From the NCBI GenBank assembly GCA_002269645.1, contig NIVC01001194.1, positions 124,001 through 188,000 on the forward strand: a stretch of 64,000 nt of DNA. The letters are read 5' to 3'. The notes below the pieces were generated by a model that saw only the letters and a list, made by a program, of their open reading frames with translations, did not search any database and had not been told where the DNA came from. Numbering within the stretch: position 1 is the stretch's first letter; every line of letters starts with the position of its first letter. The stretch comes from Macrostomum lignano. Taxonomy: Eukaryota. Made by a program: the position numbers and the translations under genes. Positions 27,621 to 60,500 of this stretch are shown in pieces.

Positions 27621-27960
27621 ATAATTATTGACTCGCGTCTATAACACAATCGCTGTGGTACATTTTAGCACAAATACTGAGGTTTACTTGCCCTTCTAAT
27701 ACCCCTCCCCCCCCTATCCCTTTCATGCAGATTCCGCCGTCGGATGATAATAAAATATCACAAAGAACCCTGGGCAATCGCGCAGTCGTATCATTTCAAA
27801 CCAAGTTTTATACTCCGTGCACACTTCCGCACTTGGGTTCTTACCCGGGCCAGTTAAAAAGTACCTCAGCAATTTTCTTTGTCAACTCTCTGCACCAATG
27901 CAAAAGAATTTCTCTCATCAACAGCTTCATAAATACTTCTGCAGAGCTTGAAGTCTTTTT

Positions 27961-28465
<505 letters not shown>

Positions 28466-29080
28466 TATCTATCTTGTCGGGGCTATATATCAGTGCCAGC
28501 AGCGTCACTTCCAGCCCCTCACCGGGCTACCCTCAGCAAAGTTTAGCTGCAATTTGCTGTCCAATTCACCGCAATGATCCCCTAGAATTGTCATCGCGCC
28601 ACCCCCAAGTCAGCACCGCAGTTCCAGTGGAGCGGGCAGTCCGATCCAGACGCCTCGCAGAGCGGCATATAAACTACGGCATCCCCAGGGGAGCAGATCT
28701 GTTTATTGCCAAGGCTAAGAAGGCCTTAGAAGTGCAACTCCTAGCTCGGAAAGCAGTGCGTCTAGTGTCATAAGTCGGTTGGGAAAAACTTCGATGCAAA
28801 GACCTGCATTGCTGGCACGGAGGCGAAATACCAAACACGACTTTTTTGCGATTTTTTGAAATTCAATCTTTTGGGTAGAAGACAGATGGTGTCTCCGAGC
28901 GGCTGTGGAACGGGTAGCCTCGTGTCGGAATGCCATACTAGAGATATTGATCCGTGTTGAAGAAGTTAATGCAGCGATTTTCTAAGGTACGAGGGTAAAT
29001 GATTGGGCTGAAATGCAACCAATCTGTGATGCTGAAACATGATGTGGTGCTTGAAACGTGTCTTGACAAACTTCGGCATT

Positions 29081-29100
29081 TCTATATACTAATTTTGCGC

Positions 29101-29133
<33 letters not shown>

Positions 29134-29534
29134 GCCTGCCTGTCTGTCTGTATAAATGATTTTTTTGAGAACGTCTGGCCGAGAAATAAAACTAATATGT
29201 ATTGAAAACTTAACAAAACTGCAGAAAAAAGCCGATATGTATCGAAAAATATAAAACTGCAGAGGTAAAGCCGATATGTGTCGAAAACTAACAAAACTGC
29301 AGAAAAAAGCCGATATGTATCGAAAAACATAAAACTGCAGAGGTAAAGCCGATATGTATCGAAAACTAATAAAAATGCAGAAAAAAAGCCGATATGTATA
29401 TAAAAAGATGAAACTGCCAAATGCGATATGTATAAAATGAATACAGAAAACCCTGCGATGAAAAATTCGATTTGGAAGTTCTGTATCAAATACTATGAAT
29501 TTGAATGGCCCCTATAGGGGGCTTGGTGCGCTAG
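29081..29534 (+). mobile_element. Non-autonomous Helitron (~454 bp) carrying (CTGT)n and a 38-39-bp tandem repeat
   Basis: 5' end TCTATATACTAAT followed by (CTGT)n. 3' end has the palindrome CCCCTATAGGGG (29509-29520), a 10-nt spacer, CTAG (29531-29534) and then T. The 5' flank is T rather than the canonical A. Confidence 0.7.
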
Positions 29535-29794
29535 TTAGTCCTATTTTAGGTACAATTTATGTCCTAGCTAAAATATGTAATTTTGTCAACAGCTCCATGT
29601 AACGACTGGGCTGTGTTTAAATTAAAAAAATGAACTCGCAGAAAGTGCAACTGACATTGCTTCAATTGAAACAGGTCGTACGCAGGAATGTGTGCCACCA
29701 TTTCGAAGGCTTATATGCTCGGTATGCGATTTTAGGTGTCATTCCCTTTGAAAGATTCGCCTTTATTTGGGCTTATAACTTGAAGGCTGATTGT

Positions 29795-30050
29795 GAGAGT
29801 GGAGGGAGAGGGGAGAGAAGAGAGAAGAAAGGAGAGAAGAGAGATTAGAAACGGGTGAAGAGGGAAAAGAATGAGAGGAGAGATGAGAAAGAGAAGAGGA
29901 AAGAGAAGAGGGGATGGAAGAGAGGGGAAAGAAGATAGGGGGAGAAGAAATTGGAGAGATGAGAGGGGAGAGAGAATAGAGGGGAGAGAAGAGAGGGGGA
30001 GAGAAGAGAAGGAAGCGATGAGAGGGGAAAGGAGAGGGAAGAGAGCGATG
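29795..30050. repeat. Polypurine (GA-rich) low-complexity tract
   Basis: Almost entirely G and A over ~250 nt. Confidence 0.85.
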
Positions 30051-30513
30051 GAGGAGTGCGCGGCGATAGGCTGAGAGATTGAGATTTTTTAGTTTGGAGG
30101 GAGGTGGGAGGTCTAAGCGGGATGGAGGATGGGGACTCGCACAGCAGGGAGGTAAGCAGCAGAATTCGGCAAACAGAAAACGGAGAGTGGAGCAGAGGTG
30201 AAGCACGGCTGCGCAGAAGATACTAGCAATACTCGTAAAAGCAGAGATGGGTGAGCACGTGCCACAGAAATTTCTGTACCAGATGGCACCAGTTGGACAG
30301 CCTCATTTCCGAATTGATTCGAAAAAAGTCGCAATTTCCGTCCTCAAAGAAAATCGCAATCGATGACAGGTGGCTGATAAGATTTTCCCTCACACCATCT
30401 GCTCTCTGCCTTTGAAAGTCGTCGCCTCCAAGAAAATTTTAACATTTTCTAGCGTCTTTCATTGATTTATATTCGTACTACCACGAGTATTACAATAAAT
30501 AATAATATTTTAA

Positions 30514-30780
30514 TACACCTGTCCAACCGGCAGATGTGCAACCGACAGCTCAGCCGCAGCTATTGCGCGGCGCATCTGAAGGCTGCGTACGGCTGTTCAG
30601 TCCAAGGACTGGGGGGTCGCCACACACCGTCAGTTACCCCAGCTAATGCTGGCACCCATTTTACAGCTGGGTGAACTGAAGCAATGCAGAGCTAAGTGTC
30701 TTGCTCAAGGACACAAATTATTCCGAGTGGGTCGAGAATCGAACCCCCGACCTTGCACTCTAACCACTGGGCTACAACCC
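30514..30780 (-). mobile_element. tRNA-derived CORE-type SINE
   Basis: On the minus strand: A box TAGCCCAGTGG, B box GGTTCGATTC, then a MIR-core-like segment tgagcaagacacttagctctgcattgcttcagttcacccagctgtaaaatggg and an AT-rich tail. Confidence 0.85.
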
Positions 30781-31404
30781 TCGGCCTACTACTGTATTAG
30801 TCTGAAATTTAAACATCTCAGTAAGAATACACTACTGTCCAGAATAATCGTAAGTAGTATTAGTAGTATTTTGCTTGGGGGCTTTGCAAAGAGGAAAAAA
30901 CTGCAGCTAAGTTTCGGGTACACCCGACCCAGCAACCTTTGCTGCGTAATAAATTGATAGAGTTGAAGTGGAGTGGCGTCTGAACAACTCGATTCGAACT
31001 TAGCGAACTTAACGAACTGCCGATACCAACCGTATGTGTTTGGCGGGCTCCAATGTTTAATTCAGCTAAACCGCCAGAGGAACCAACCAGAAGACAGAAG
31101 TCAACCCCCCCCTCAACGCCTTGGATCGGAAACGAGAGAGTAGAGGGGTGGGCGGCGTATCTATCGTGTCTTTAAAACTGGTGGCACCGTGAGTGACCCT
31201 TGCGGGGCTGCAGTCAAGCGTGGGCTTCTCCGTTATCAACGTTATCACGCGAATTGAGCTGACCTGGCCAAGTGAAAAACTGCTCCAGAAACAAACACAA
31301 GGTCAGGTTTACGAAAGAGGCGGACAAATTCAAAGCAGTGTTGCTGGGCGGTTTGTTCAATATCTAGCATTGCTGCAGCGCTGATCAACAGGTCCAGATC
31401 GGCG

Positions 31405-48609
<17,205 letters not shown>

Positions 48610-49067
48610 AGCGACTGACGGAGCAGCAGCGGTGGGTTGGTCTTGCGACTTCTAATCACGAATTGAGTCACCATACGCTACAGTGCTTGCATAGCTTGAA
48701 TACTTTTTAACACGCTTTCTGCTTCAATCCTTCTAATATTACTTTCAGTAGTAACTACTGAATAATGGACATGCTTGATTTTTTGGCAGCGAATATTGAG
48801 CGACTCCATTATTCTTTTTTTCATCTATCAGAATTCTGCCTAGGGTTAATTCAAATTGTTTTAAATGCTTATAAGTTGCTTTTTTGGAAATATAGTTCAG
48901 CACAGCTATGTTGCTATCTCTTTTAGTTCATTATATAAGCAATATCAAGTGATGGCTGCGTCTAAATATTTTAAATTGAGTTTTAACGACTAATATTGCC
49001 AATATCTCGCCATAAAGTGAAGCTGGCGTCTCTTGTTGCTGGCACCGTGAAAAAGGCGCCCTGGATG

Positions 49068-50018
49068 CTGGCGCCCCTTGGTGCTGGCGCCCCTTGGTGC
49101 TAAAGCCCCTTGGTGCTAAAGCCCCTTGGTGCTAAAGCCCCTTGGTGCTAAAGCCCCTTGGTGCTAAAGCCCCTTGGTGCTGGCGCTCCTTGGTGCTAAA
49201 GCCCCTTGGTGCTAAAGCCCCTTGGTGCTAAAGCCCCTTGGTGCTAAAGCCCCTTGGTGCTAAAGCCCCTTGGTGCTAAAGCCCCTTGGTGCTAAAGCCC
49301 CTTGGTGCTAAAGCCCCTTGGTGCTGGCGCTCCTTGGTGCTAAAGCCCCTTGGTGCTAAAGCCCCTTGGTGCTAAAGCCCCTTGGTGCTAAAGCCCCTTG
49401 GTGCTAAAGCCCCTTGGTGCTAAAGCCCCTTGGTGCTAAAGCCCCTTGGTGCTAAAGCCCCTTGGTGCTGGCGCTCCTTGGTGCTAAAGCCCCTTGGTGC
49501 TAAAGCCCCTTGGTGCTAAAGCCCCTTGGTGCTAAAGCCCCTTGGTGCTAAAGCCCCTTGGTGCTAAAGCCCCTTGGTGCTAAAGCCCCTTGGTGCTAAA
49601 GCCCCTTGGTGCTAAAGCCCCTTGGTGCTAAAGCCCCTTGGTGCTAAAGCCCCTTGGTGCTAAAGCCCCTTGGTGCTAAAGCCCCTTGGTGCTAAAGCCC
49701 CTTGGTGCTAAAGCCCCTTGGTGCTAAAGCCCCTTGGTGCTAAAGCCCCTTGGTGCTAAAGCCCCTTGGTGCTAAAGCCCCTTGGTGCTAAAGCCCCTTG
49801 GTGCTAAAGCCCCTTGGTGCTAAAGCCCCTTGGTGCTAAAGCCCCTTGGTGCTAAAGCCCCTTGGTGCTAAAGCCCCTTGGTGCTAAAGCCCCTTGGTGC
49901 TAAAGCCCCTTGGTGCTAAAGCCCCTTGGTGCTAAAGCCCCTTGGTGCTAAAGCCCCTTGGTGCTAAAGCCCCTTGGTGCTAAAGCCCCTTGGTGCTAAA
50001 GCCCCTTGGTGCTGGCGC
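49068..50018. repeat. 16-bp minisatellite (ggtgctaaagcccctt) downstream of laminin
   Basis: About 59 units; unit identical to the intron 15 array. Confidence 0.97.
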
Positions 50019-50019
50019 C

Positions 50020-50460
50020 CAGTGGCGTAGCCAGGAATTTTAATTGGGGGGGGGGCGGGTTGGCCTGGCTGGCCATGCCTTATGCCATTGCCACTTTTGG
50101 CGCCGCAGGCACTCATTTTAGCGCCGCAGGCACTTATTTTAGCGCCGCAGGCACTCATTTTGGCGCCGCAGGCACACATTTTGGCGCCGCAGGCACTCAT
50201 TTTGGCGCCGCAGGCACTCATTTTAGCGCCGCAGGCACACATTTTGGCGCCGCAGGCACTCATCTTGGCGCCGCAGGCACTCATCTTGGCGCCGCAGGCA
50301 CTCATTTTAGCGCCGCAGGCACACATTTTGGCGCCGCAGGCACTCATTTTGGCGCCGCAGGCACTCATCTTGGCGCCGCAGGCACTCATCTTGGCGCCGC
50401 AGGCACTCATTTTGGCGCTGCAGACACTCATTTTTGCGCCGCAGGCACACGACGGCACTC
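50020..50460. mobile_element. Possible hAT-like MITE enclosing a 21-bp minisatellite
   Basis: The left end CAGTGGCGTAGCCAGGA..poly-G is a typical hAT-MITE TIR start. The right end acgacggcactc matches its reverse complement at only 8 of 12 positions. Confidence 0.4.
50095..50450. repeat. 21-bp minisatellite (ggcgccgcaggcactcatttt)
   Basis: About 17 units. Confidence 0.93.
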
Positions 50461-50606
50461 AAATGTTAGGCAGTGTTAATCATCACATAAAGTGGATCAG
50501 CCAGTGTATCAATTATCAATCATGAGTCCTAATAAAGGTTAATTTATGACCTAATAATATTCAAAATATTAATATTTGTAGCATGCACGGCGTCCATTTT
50601 AAACAG

Positions 50607-50870
50607 AGGTTGTTAGAGCGTCGGACTCACGACTTGAAGGTCGTGGTTTTGATTCCTGATCCCACTGAGCAAGACACGTAACTCTGCATTGCTTCAGTTC
50701 ACCCAGCTGTAAAATGGGTGCCAGCATTAGCTGGGGTAACTGAGGGTGTGTGTGGCGACCCCCCAGTCTTTAGACTGAACAGCCGTACGCAGCCTTCAGA
50801 TGGCTGAGCTGTCGGTTGCGCATCTGCCCATTGGGGCAGGTGCAATCAATCATTATTGTTCTTATTGTTA
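50607..50870 (+). mobile_element. tRNA-derived CORE-type SINE
   Basis: Near-identical core and 3' body to the 46.3-kb copy; A box partly deleted; (tatt/tgtt) tail. Confidence 0.85.
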
Positions 50871-51305
50871 ATATTTATTGAATATAAACAATTGTGGATA
50901 ATATCTGCATCTCAAGCCATCAGCAAATGCGCACTCATGGCAAGCATCCCAACCATCAGGGGGTCCTCCATTTCAAAGAATGGAATGCAAAGATTTAAAT
51001 AATTATTTATTGTCAAGCGTTTCGCACTCTGCCAAAATTGTTGTAAAATTTTCTTTCTGCAAGAGTTCCAAGGTGGCAAAGGAATGGCTTGCTTTATTTG
51101 GGAGCGTCTTTATGCAGTCTACCATTGTGCCGTCAAGGTGTGAATTCGCGGTACAGAGCAGATGTGTGCGGCCTCGCCTTGAGTTGCGGCACAATTTTTT
51201 TTGTTATTTGGCGAGCAGCTAATTTTAAACGAAAGCTTTATGCAGTAAAACTGACTATTTATTCAAGTGTTTTAAGTTCAAAATGGTGCTTTACAGACGT
51301 CCATT

Positions 51306-52118
51306 GCTGAGACGTCAATTCTCATGGGGAATTACTGAGGTGTCAATTCTCATGGGGGAAATTGCTGAGTTGTTAAGGCTCATGGGGAATTGCTGAGATG
51401 TCAGTGCTCATGGGGAATTGCTGAGATGTCAGTGCTCATGGGGAATTGCTACGACGTCAATGCTCATGGGGGAATCTCTGAGATGTCAATTCTCATGGGG
51501 AATTGCTGAGGTGTCAATTCTCATGGGGGAAATTGCTGAGTTGTTAAGGCTCATGGGGAATTGCTGAGATGTCAGTGCTCATGGGGAATTGCTGAGATGT
51601 CAGTGCTCATGGGGAATTGCTGAGATGTCAGTGCTCATGGGGAATTGCTACGACGTCAATGCTCATTGGGGAATCTTTGAGATGTCAACACTCAATAGGG
51701 GAATTGCTGAGTTGTCAATTCTCATGGGGGAATTGCTGAGATGTCAATGCTCATGGGGGAATTGCTGAGATGTCAATGCTCATGGGGGAATTGCTGAGAT
51801 GTCAATGCTCATGGGGGAATTGCTGAGATGTCAATGCTCATGGGGGAATTGCTGAGATGTCAATTCTCATGGGGGAATTGCTGAGATGTCAATTCTCATG
51901 GGGGAATTGCTGAGATGTCAATGCTCATGGGGGAATTGCTGAGTTGTCAATGCTCATGGGGGAATTGCTGAGATGTCAATGCTCATGGGGGAATTGCTGA
52001 GATATCAGTGCCTATGGGAGAATCGCTGAGTTGTCAAGGCTCATGGGGGAATTGCTGAGATGTCAGCAATTCTGAGATGTCCTTCATCAGCAAGGCTCAT
52101 GGGGGAATTGCTGAGATG
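51306..52118. repeat. 28-29-bp minisatellite (atgggggaattgctgagatgtcaatgctc)
   Basis: About 28 units. Confidence 0.93.
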
Positions 52119-52583
52119 AATAAAATTTGGCAAATTACAGACAGTCGCTATGTCAGCTCTGGACAATGTTGTATGCGCTGTATGCAATAGCATAGCATGC
52201 ATTGAATGCAAACGTATTTTAAAGGCGTGGTCACTTCAAGCAGATCTATTTGCTTGGAGCAACTCTCCTTTTGCTGGGTCTGGGTGTCTGCTTAATAATC
52301 TTGTATGAGAGGCGCACGAATGCCTACCTACCTGATGATGAAGGATAAAATTGGAAAGTTGTTAAAGAGAAAGAAGAGAAGAGACGAGAGCGCACTAGGG
52401 GGGGGGGGGTTGAGCCTAGGATTTCAAGTGCGTGTGCTGTAAGACTAGTATGAATGAATCATATGCTTCACCCTCACCAACCCCTTTCTTTCTCGCTTTT
52501 GCATTGAGTACTCGAACAAGAAGATATGGAAGCTGGAGTGTTAATTAAGTAAATCGAGCTATACCAGAATACCTAGGTTACTC

Positions 52584-53829
52584 TGTTTATCGTCAATTCA
52601 GTGCCACAGACAAGAGTTTATCATCAATTCAGTGCCACAGACAAGAGTTTATCGTCAATTCAGTGCCACAGACAAGAGTTTATCACCAATTCAGTGCCAC
52701 AGACAAGAGTTTATCATCAATTCAGTGCCACAGACAAGAGTTTATCATCAATTCAGTGCCACAGACAAGAGTTTATCACCAATTCAGTGCCACAGACAAG
52801 AGTTTATCATCAATTCACTGCCACAGACAAGAGTTTATCATCAATTCAGTGCCACAGACAAGAGTTTATCATCAATTCAGTGCCACAGACAAGAGTTTAT
52901 CCTCAATTCAGTGCCACAGACAAGAGTTTATCGTCAATTCAGTGCCACAGACAAGAGTTTATCATCAATTCAGTGCCACAGACAAGAGTTTATCCTCAAT
53001 TCAGTGCCACAGACAAGAGTTTATCATCAATTCAGTGCCACAGACAAGAGTTTATCGTCAATTCAGTGCCACAGACAAGAGTTTATCATCAATTCAGTGC
53101 CACAGACAAGAGTTTATCCTCAATTCAGTGCCACAGACAAGAGTTTATCGTCAATTCAGTGCCACAGACAAGAGTTTATCATCAATTCAGTGCCACAGAC
53201 AAGAGTTTATCATCAATTCAGTGCCACAGACAAGAGTTTATCCTCAATTCAGTGCCACAGACAAGAGTTTATCGTCAATTCAGTGCCACAGACAAGAGTT
53301 TATCACCAATTCAGTGCCACAGACAAGAGTTTATCATCAATTCAGTGCCACAGACAAGAGTTTATCCTCAATTCAGTGCCACAGACAAGAGTTTATCGTC
53401 AATTCAGTGCCACAGACAAGAGTTTATCATCAATTCAGTGCCACAGACAAGAGTTTATCATCAATTCAGTGCCACAGACAAGAGTTTATCATCAATTCAG
53501 TGCCACAGACAAGAGTTTATCACCAATTCAGTGCCACAGACAAGAGTTTATCATCAATTCAGTGCCACAGACAAGAGTTTATCATCAATTCAGTGCCATA
53601 GACAAGAGTTTATCACCAATTCAGTGCCACAGACAAGAGTTTATCATCAATTCAGTGCCACAGACAATAGTTTATCACCAATTCAGTGCCACAGACAAGA
53701 GTTTATCATCAATTCAGTGCCACAGACAAGAGTTTATCATCAATTCAGTGCCATAGACAAGAGTTTATCACCAATTCAGTGCCACAGACAAGAGTTTATC
53801 ATCAATTCAGTGCCACAGACAATAGTTTA
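52584..53829. repeat. 31-bp minisatellite (caattcagtgccacagacaagagtttatcvt)
   Basis: About 40 units, with variation confined to 1-2 positions. Confidence 0.97.
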
Positions 53830-55007
53830 GCTTCGGAACCTTCAGTTTAAGCCAGCCAAGTTATAGTTAAAACCACTCCAGGTTCTGGGCTGAAATGGCT
53901 ATGGGCTAAAGAGCCTAGCCAGTGACTATATTAGTATCTAACCCCCCCTCTATAGGCTATTATAGCCTTGTACGAAGTGGGCGGCCGTTTCACTCCAGTC
54001 GCTGATGAAGGAGTCTCAAACGAGCTTTCTCTGTCCATCTCTTTAGAAACCTTGAATGTTTAAGCTATATACAATATAAACTTAGAAATGAGGGGTTGAA
54101 ACTCAGCCCAAGGTGAGAGAGGCGAGTCCTGACCAATGCTCTGAGACCTCCACCCCAGCAACCCCTGCAGCAGAGCACACAGCCAGCCCCCTCTACAAGC
54201 CAGATCGGAGTGGGGGCCTGAGAGCAGAGCTATATACACTATTCTCCAGCATTATAAATACCTTTCTAGCGAAAAGCTCCTTAAAAGGCCAGACAAAAGA
54301 AGAAAGCTCATCTAGCACGGAGAGAATTCGGAGAGTTGCAAATTCCTACAGCAACAGGCAAAGCAAAGGTGAGTGTTGTATTTTTCACAATTTTTTTCAT
54401 AATCATTGATAAATTTATCATTCTAAGACATAAATGCATTTGTAATCATAGGTATTATGTAATCGTAGTGCATAAGGAGAAAGACAAATGTCGAGATTTG
54501 TCCTGACCAAATCGCAGATAAGAATGAACCCCTGGCGACAGAGGCAGGGCATCTAAAAAGCAGAATTCATTGCAAAGCCGAAGGTTCCAGAAATTCACCT
54601 GGAGCCGAAAGTTAATTGGCCTCGTTAAAAGAAGCTTAATTGAAATTGCAACAACGTTCTGGAACCAGGATGACTCACCTGCAATTTGAGACTACACACC
54701 TCGAAGCAAATTAGATTAGAAAATATGAGACAAAAAGCAAAAGACCGACAAAGTAGTATGCAAGGTTTCAAATTACAGCTTACAAAGTTTGAAGCATTGG
54801 CACCTGCTTGTGTTTACTTCTAGTGGAGTTCCGGAGGTACAAGCTAGTGAACCAACAACCTACTCTCGTAGAAGGCTGCGACTGTGTTGGTGGTAAAGCA
54901 GAAAGACGTTTCAGAAAGTTTTTTTTATTACTGGTGTGTTTTTGTTCAATTTTCATGACTAAATAAATTATTATATTCGAGCCAACATCTTTTGAGCACG
55001 ATGAAGC

Positions 55008-55200
55008 ATGATTTCACAGCCAGCCTTCCAGATCCTCAGTTGCTGGGTCAGACTCCCAGAGTGTCAGTTGCTGGGCCAGCCTCCCAGATCCTCAGTTGCT
55101 GGGCCAGCCTCCCAGATCCTCAGTTGCTGGGCCAGCCTCCCACTTCCCCAGTTGCTAGGCCAGCCTTCCAGATCCTCAGTTGCTGGGCCAGCCTTCCAGA
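55008..55200. repeat. 28-bp minisatellite (ctcagttgctgggccagcctcccagatc)
   Basis: About 7 units. Confidence 0.85.
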
Positions 55201-55311
55201 GCATGAAGATTTGTCGCAGCGTCATCATCTCACTCTAAATCTACACTTTCATGTCCTTTCTGCGTAAAAATCAGCAAAATTTCTCACACACCAACTCAGG
55301 ACAAGAACAGC

Positions 55312-58452
<3,141 letters not shown>

Positions 58453-58770
58453 GCTGGGCAATCAAAGATGATTCACTCTGTTGCTTCTGCGCTTTGTTAT
58501 AATGCTTTTATAAATCTTCTGATTCTGCAAGATTCCAATGCAAATATAGCAAAACACTCTCATTTGATGCTAAACAACTTTTTTCAACAATGTGCCTACA
58601 GCCTACTGCCAAACCGACTTGACAGTAGCATATGATGCAAATATAATTTAACCCGTTTTGTAGAAAATGAGCAAAATTTTTCATGTTTGCGTTTTACATG
58701 TAGCCCTACCTCCTTCAAAGTTGTCCCATGTTAACACATCTTGTTTTAAACAAAAAGTAAAAACTGACAT

Positions 58771-58776
58771 AATAAA
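58771..58776 (+). terminator. Polyadenylation signal of the orphan membrane-protein gene
   Basis: AATAAA ~320 nt after the stop codon, in an AT-rich 3' region. Confidence 0.5.
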
Positions 58777-59054
58777 TAAATTGAACTGACCATCTTAAAA
58801 AATTCGATATGGCATCTCTTTCGTTGCAATATTTGGAATCATAATTAATGGCTAATTTTTCTGATGACAGCGGAACTCTCGCGAGTCTCGGGTCAGTAGT
58901 TCAGCTAATTGCTGAGAGTTCGAGATCGAAATTAAGGTTGGGGTTCCTACAGACTCGCTTTCCGGTTCGTTGAGCTCGGAGACTCACGGATCGCATGAAG
59001 AGCCACTTCCGTGAGCGAATTATCGGCTTATTTTCTGCTCACTCATTCTGTCTG

Positions 59055-60145
59055 ACATCTCACCCCATTCACTCTCCCAGTCTCATCTCATTCACTCTCT
59101 CAGTATCATCCAATTCACTCTCTAGTTCTCACCCATTCACTCTCCCAGTCTCACCCCATTCACTCTCCCAGTCTCACCCCATTCACTCTCCCAGTCTTAC
59201 CCCATTCACTCTCCCAGTCTCACCCCATTCACTTTCCAAGTTTCACCCCATTCACTCTCCCAGTCTCACCCCATTCACTTTCCAAGTTTCACCCCATTCA
59301 CTCTCCCAGTCTCACCCCATCTCATCTCATCTCATTCACTCTCTCAGTCTCACCTCATCTCATCTCATCTCATTCACTCTCCCAGTCTCAACCCATCTCA
59401 TCTCACCCCATTCACTCTCTCAGTCTCACCCCATTCACTCTCCCAGTCTCACCCCATTCACCTTCCTAGACTCACCCCATTCACTCTCCCAATCTTACCC
59501 CATTCACTCTCCCAGTCTCACCACCATCACTCTCCCAGTCTCACCCCATTCACTCTCCCAGTCTCACCCCATCTCATCTCACCCCATTCGCTCTCCCAGT
59601 CCCATCCCATTCACTCTCCCATTCTCACCCCATTCACTCCCCAGTCTCACCTCCTTCACTCTCCCAGTCTCACCCCATTCATTCTCCCAGTCTAACCCCA
59701 TTTACTCTCCTAGTCTCACCTCCTTCACTCCCCCAGTCTCACCCCATTCACTCTCCCAGTCTCACCTCATTCACTCCCCTAGTCTCACCCCATTCACTCT
59801 CCCAGTCTCACCCCATTCACTCTCCCAGTCTCACCCCATTCACTCTCCCAGTCTCACCCCATTCACTTTCCAAGTTTCCCCCCATTCACTCTCACAGTCT
59901 CACCCCATTCACTCTCCCAGTCTCACCCCATTCACTCTCCCAGTCTCATCCCATTCACTCTCCCAGTCTCACCCCATTCACTCTCCAAGTTTCACCCCAT
60001 TCGCTCTCCTAGTCTCCCCCCATTCACTCTCCAAGTTTCACCCCATTCGCTCTCCCAGTCTCCCCCCATTCACTCTCCAAATTTCACCCCATTCACTTTC
60101 CAAGTTTCACCCCATTCACTCCCCAAGTTTCACCCCATTCAGTCT
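59055..60145. repeat. 23-bp C/T-rich minisatellite (ccccattcactctcccagtctca)
   Basis: About 47 degenerate units. Confidence 0.92.
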
Positions 60146-60500
60146 CATTAAAAGAGCAAGCAAGAGAATCAGTCAAAGATTAGGAATTTCATGGCCAATA
60201 AACGAGCAGCAGAAGCAGGCTAAAAGCCAAACGTAACCCGAAGCCGCTCCAAAAAGCAGATCCAGACAGCCAGGCAAACACGCAGAAGGGATTTCGGCAG
60301 CTAAAGAAATTTCCTTGGAAAACAAATTGCCCAAATGAATAATTAATGGCTTAACTTTCTCCTGAAGTCGGTCAATCCAGAACAAAATCCTCAGAGGCTG
60401 ATTGGATTTCCAATTTTGCAGCCACGACCTCAGACTAGAATTTCCATCTGCTCGAATCCCACATCGGAAGCTGGGGCATCATAAATTCGGACTTAATGAG

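Noticed and set aside
28540-28773. RT-like motif NYGIPRG in a unique GC-balanced stretch
   Set aside because: The flanking residues do not match GVPQGSxLxP and no other RT motif is nearby.
30514-30780. tRNA gene (A and B boxes present)
   Set aside because: There is no full cloverleaf and the sequence continues into a SINE core; the same applies at 46.3 kb.
50980-51222. Short ORFs on both strands between laminin and the orphan gene
   Set aside because: No motif, no convincing splice signals and no family resemblance.
52584-53830. Three long ORFs (409, 374, 312 aa) and CRISPR-like periodicity in the 31-bp array
   Set aside because: All three plus frames are the same 93-nt cycle of a stop-free unit, and there are no unique spacers.
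58860-58935. CTGATGA...GAAA hammerhead-like spacing with an 8-bp stem
   Set aside because: The stem does not close directly on the core, and stems I and III cannot be formed.
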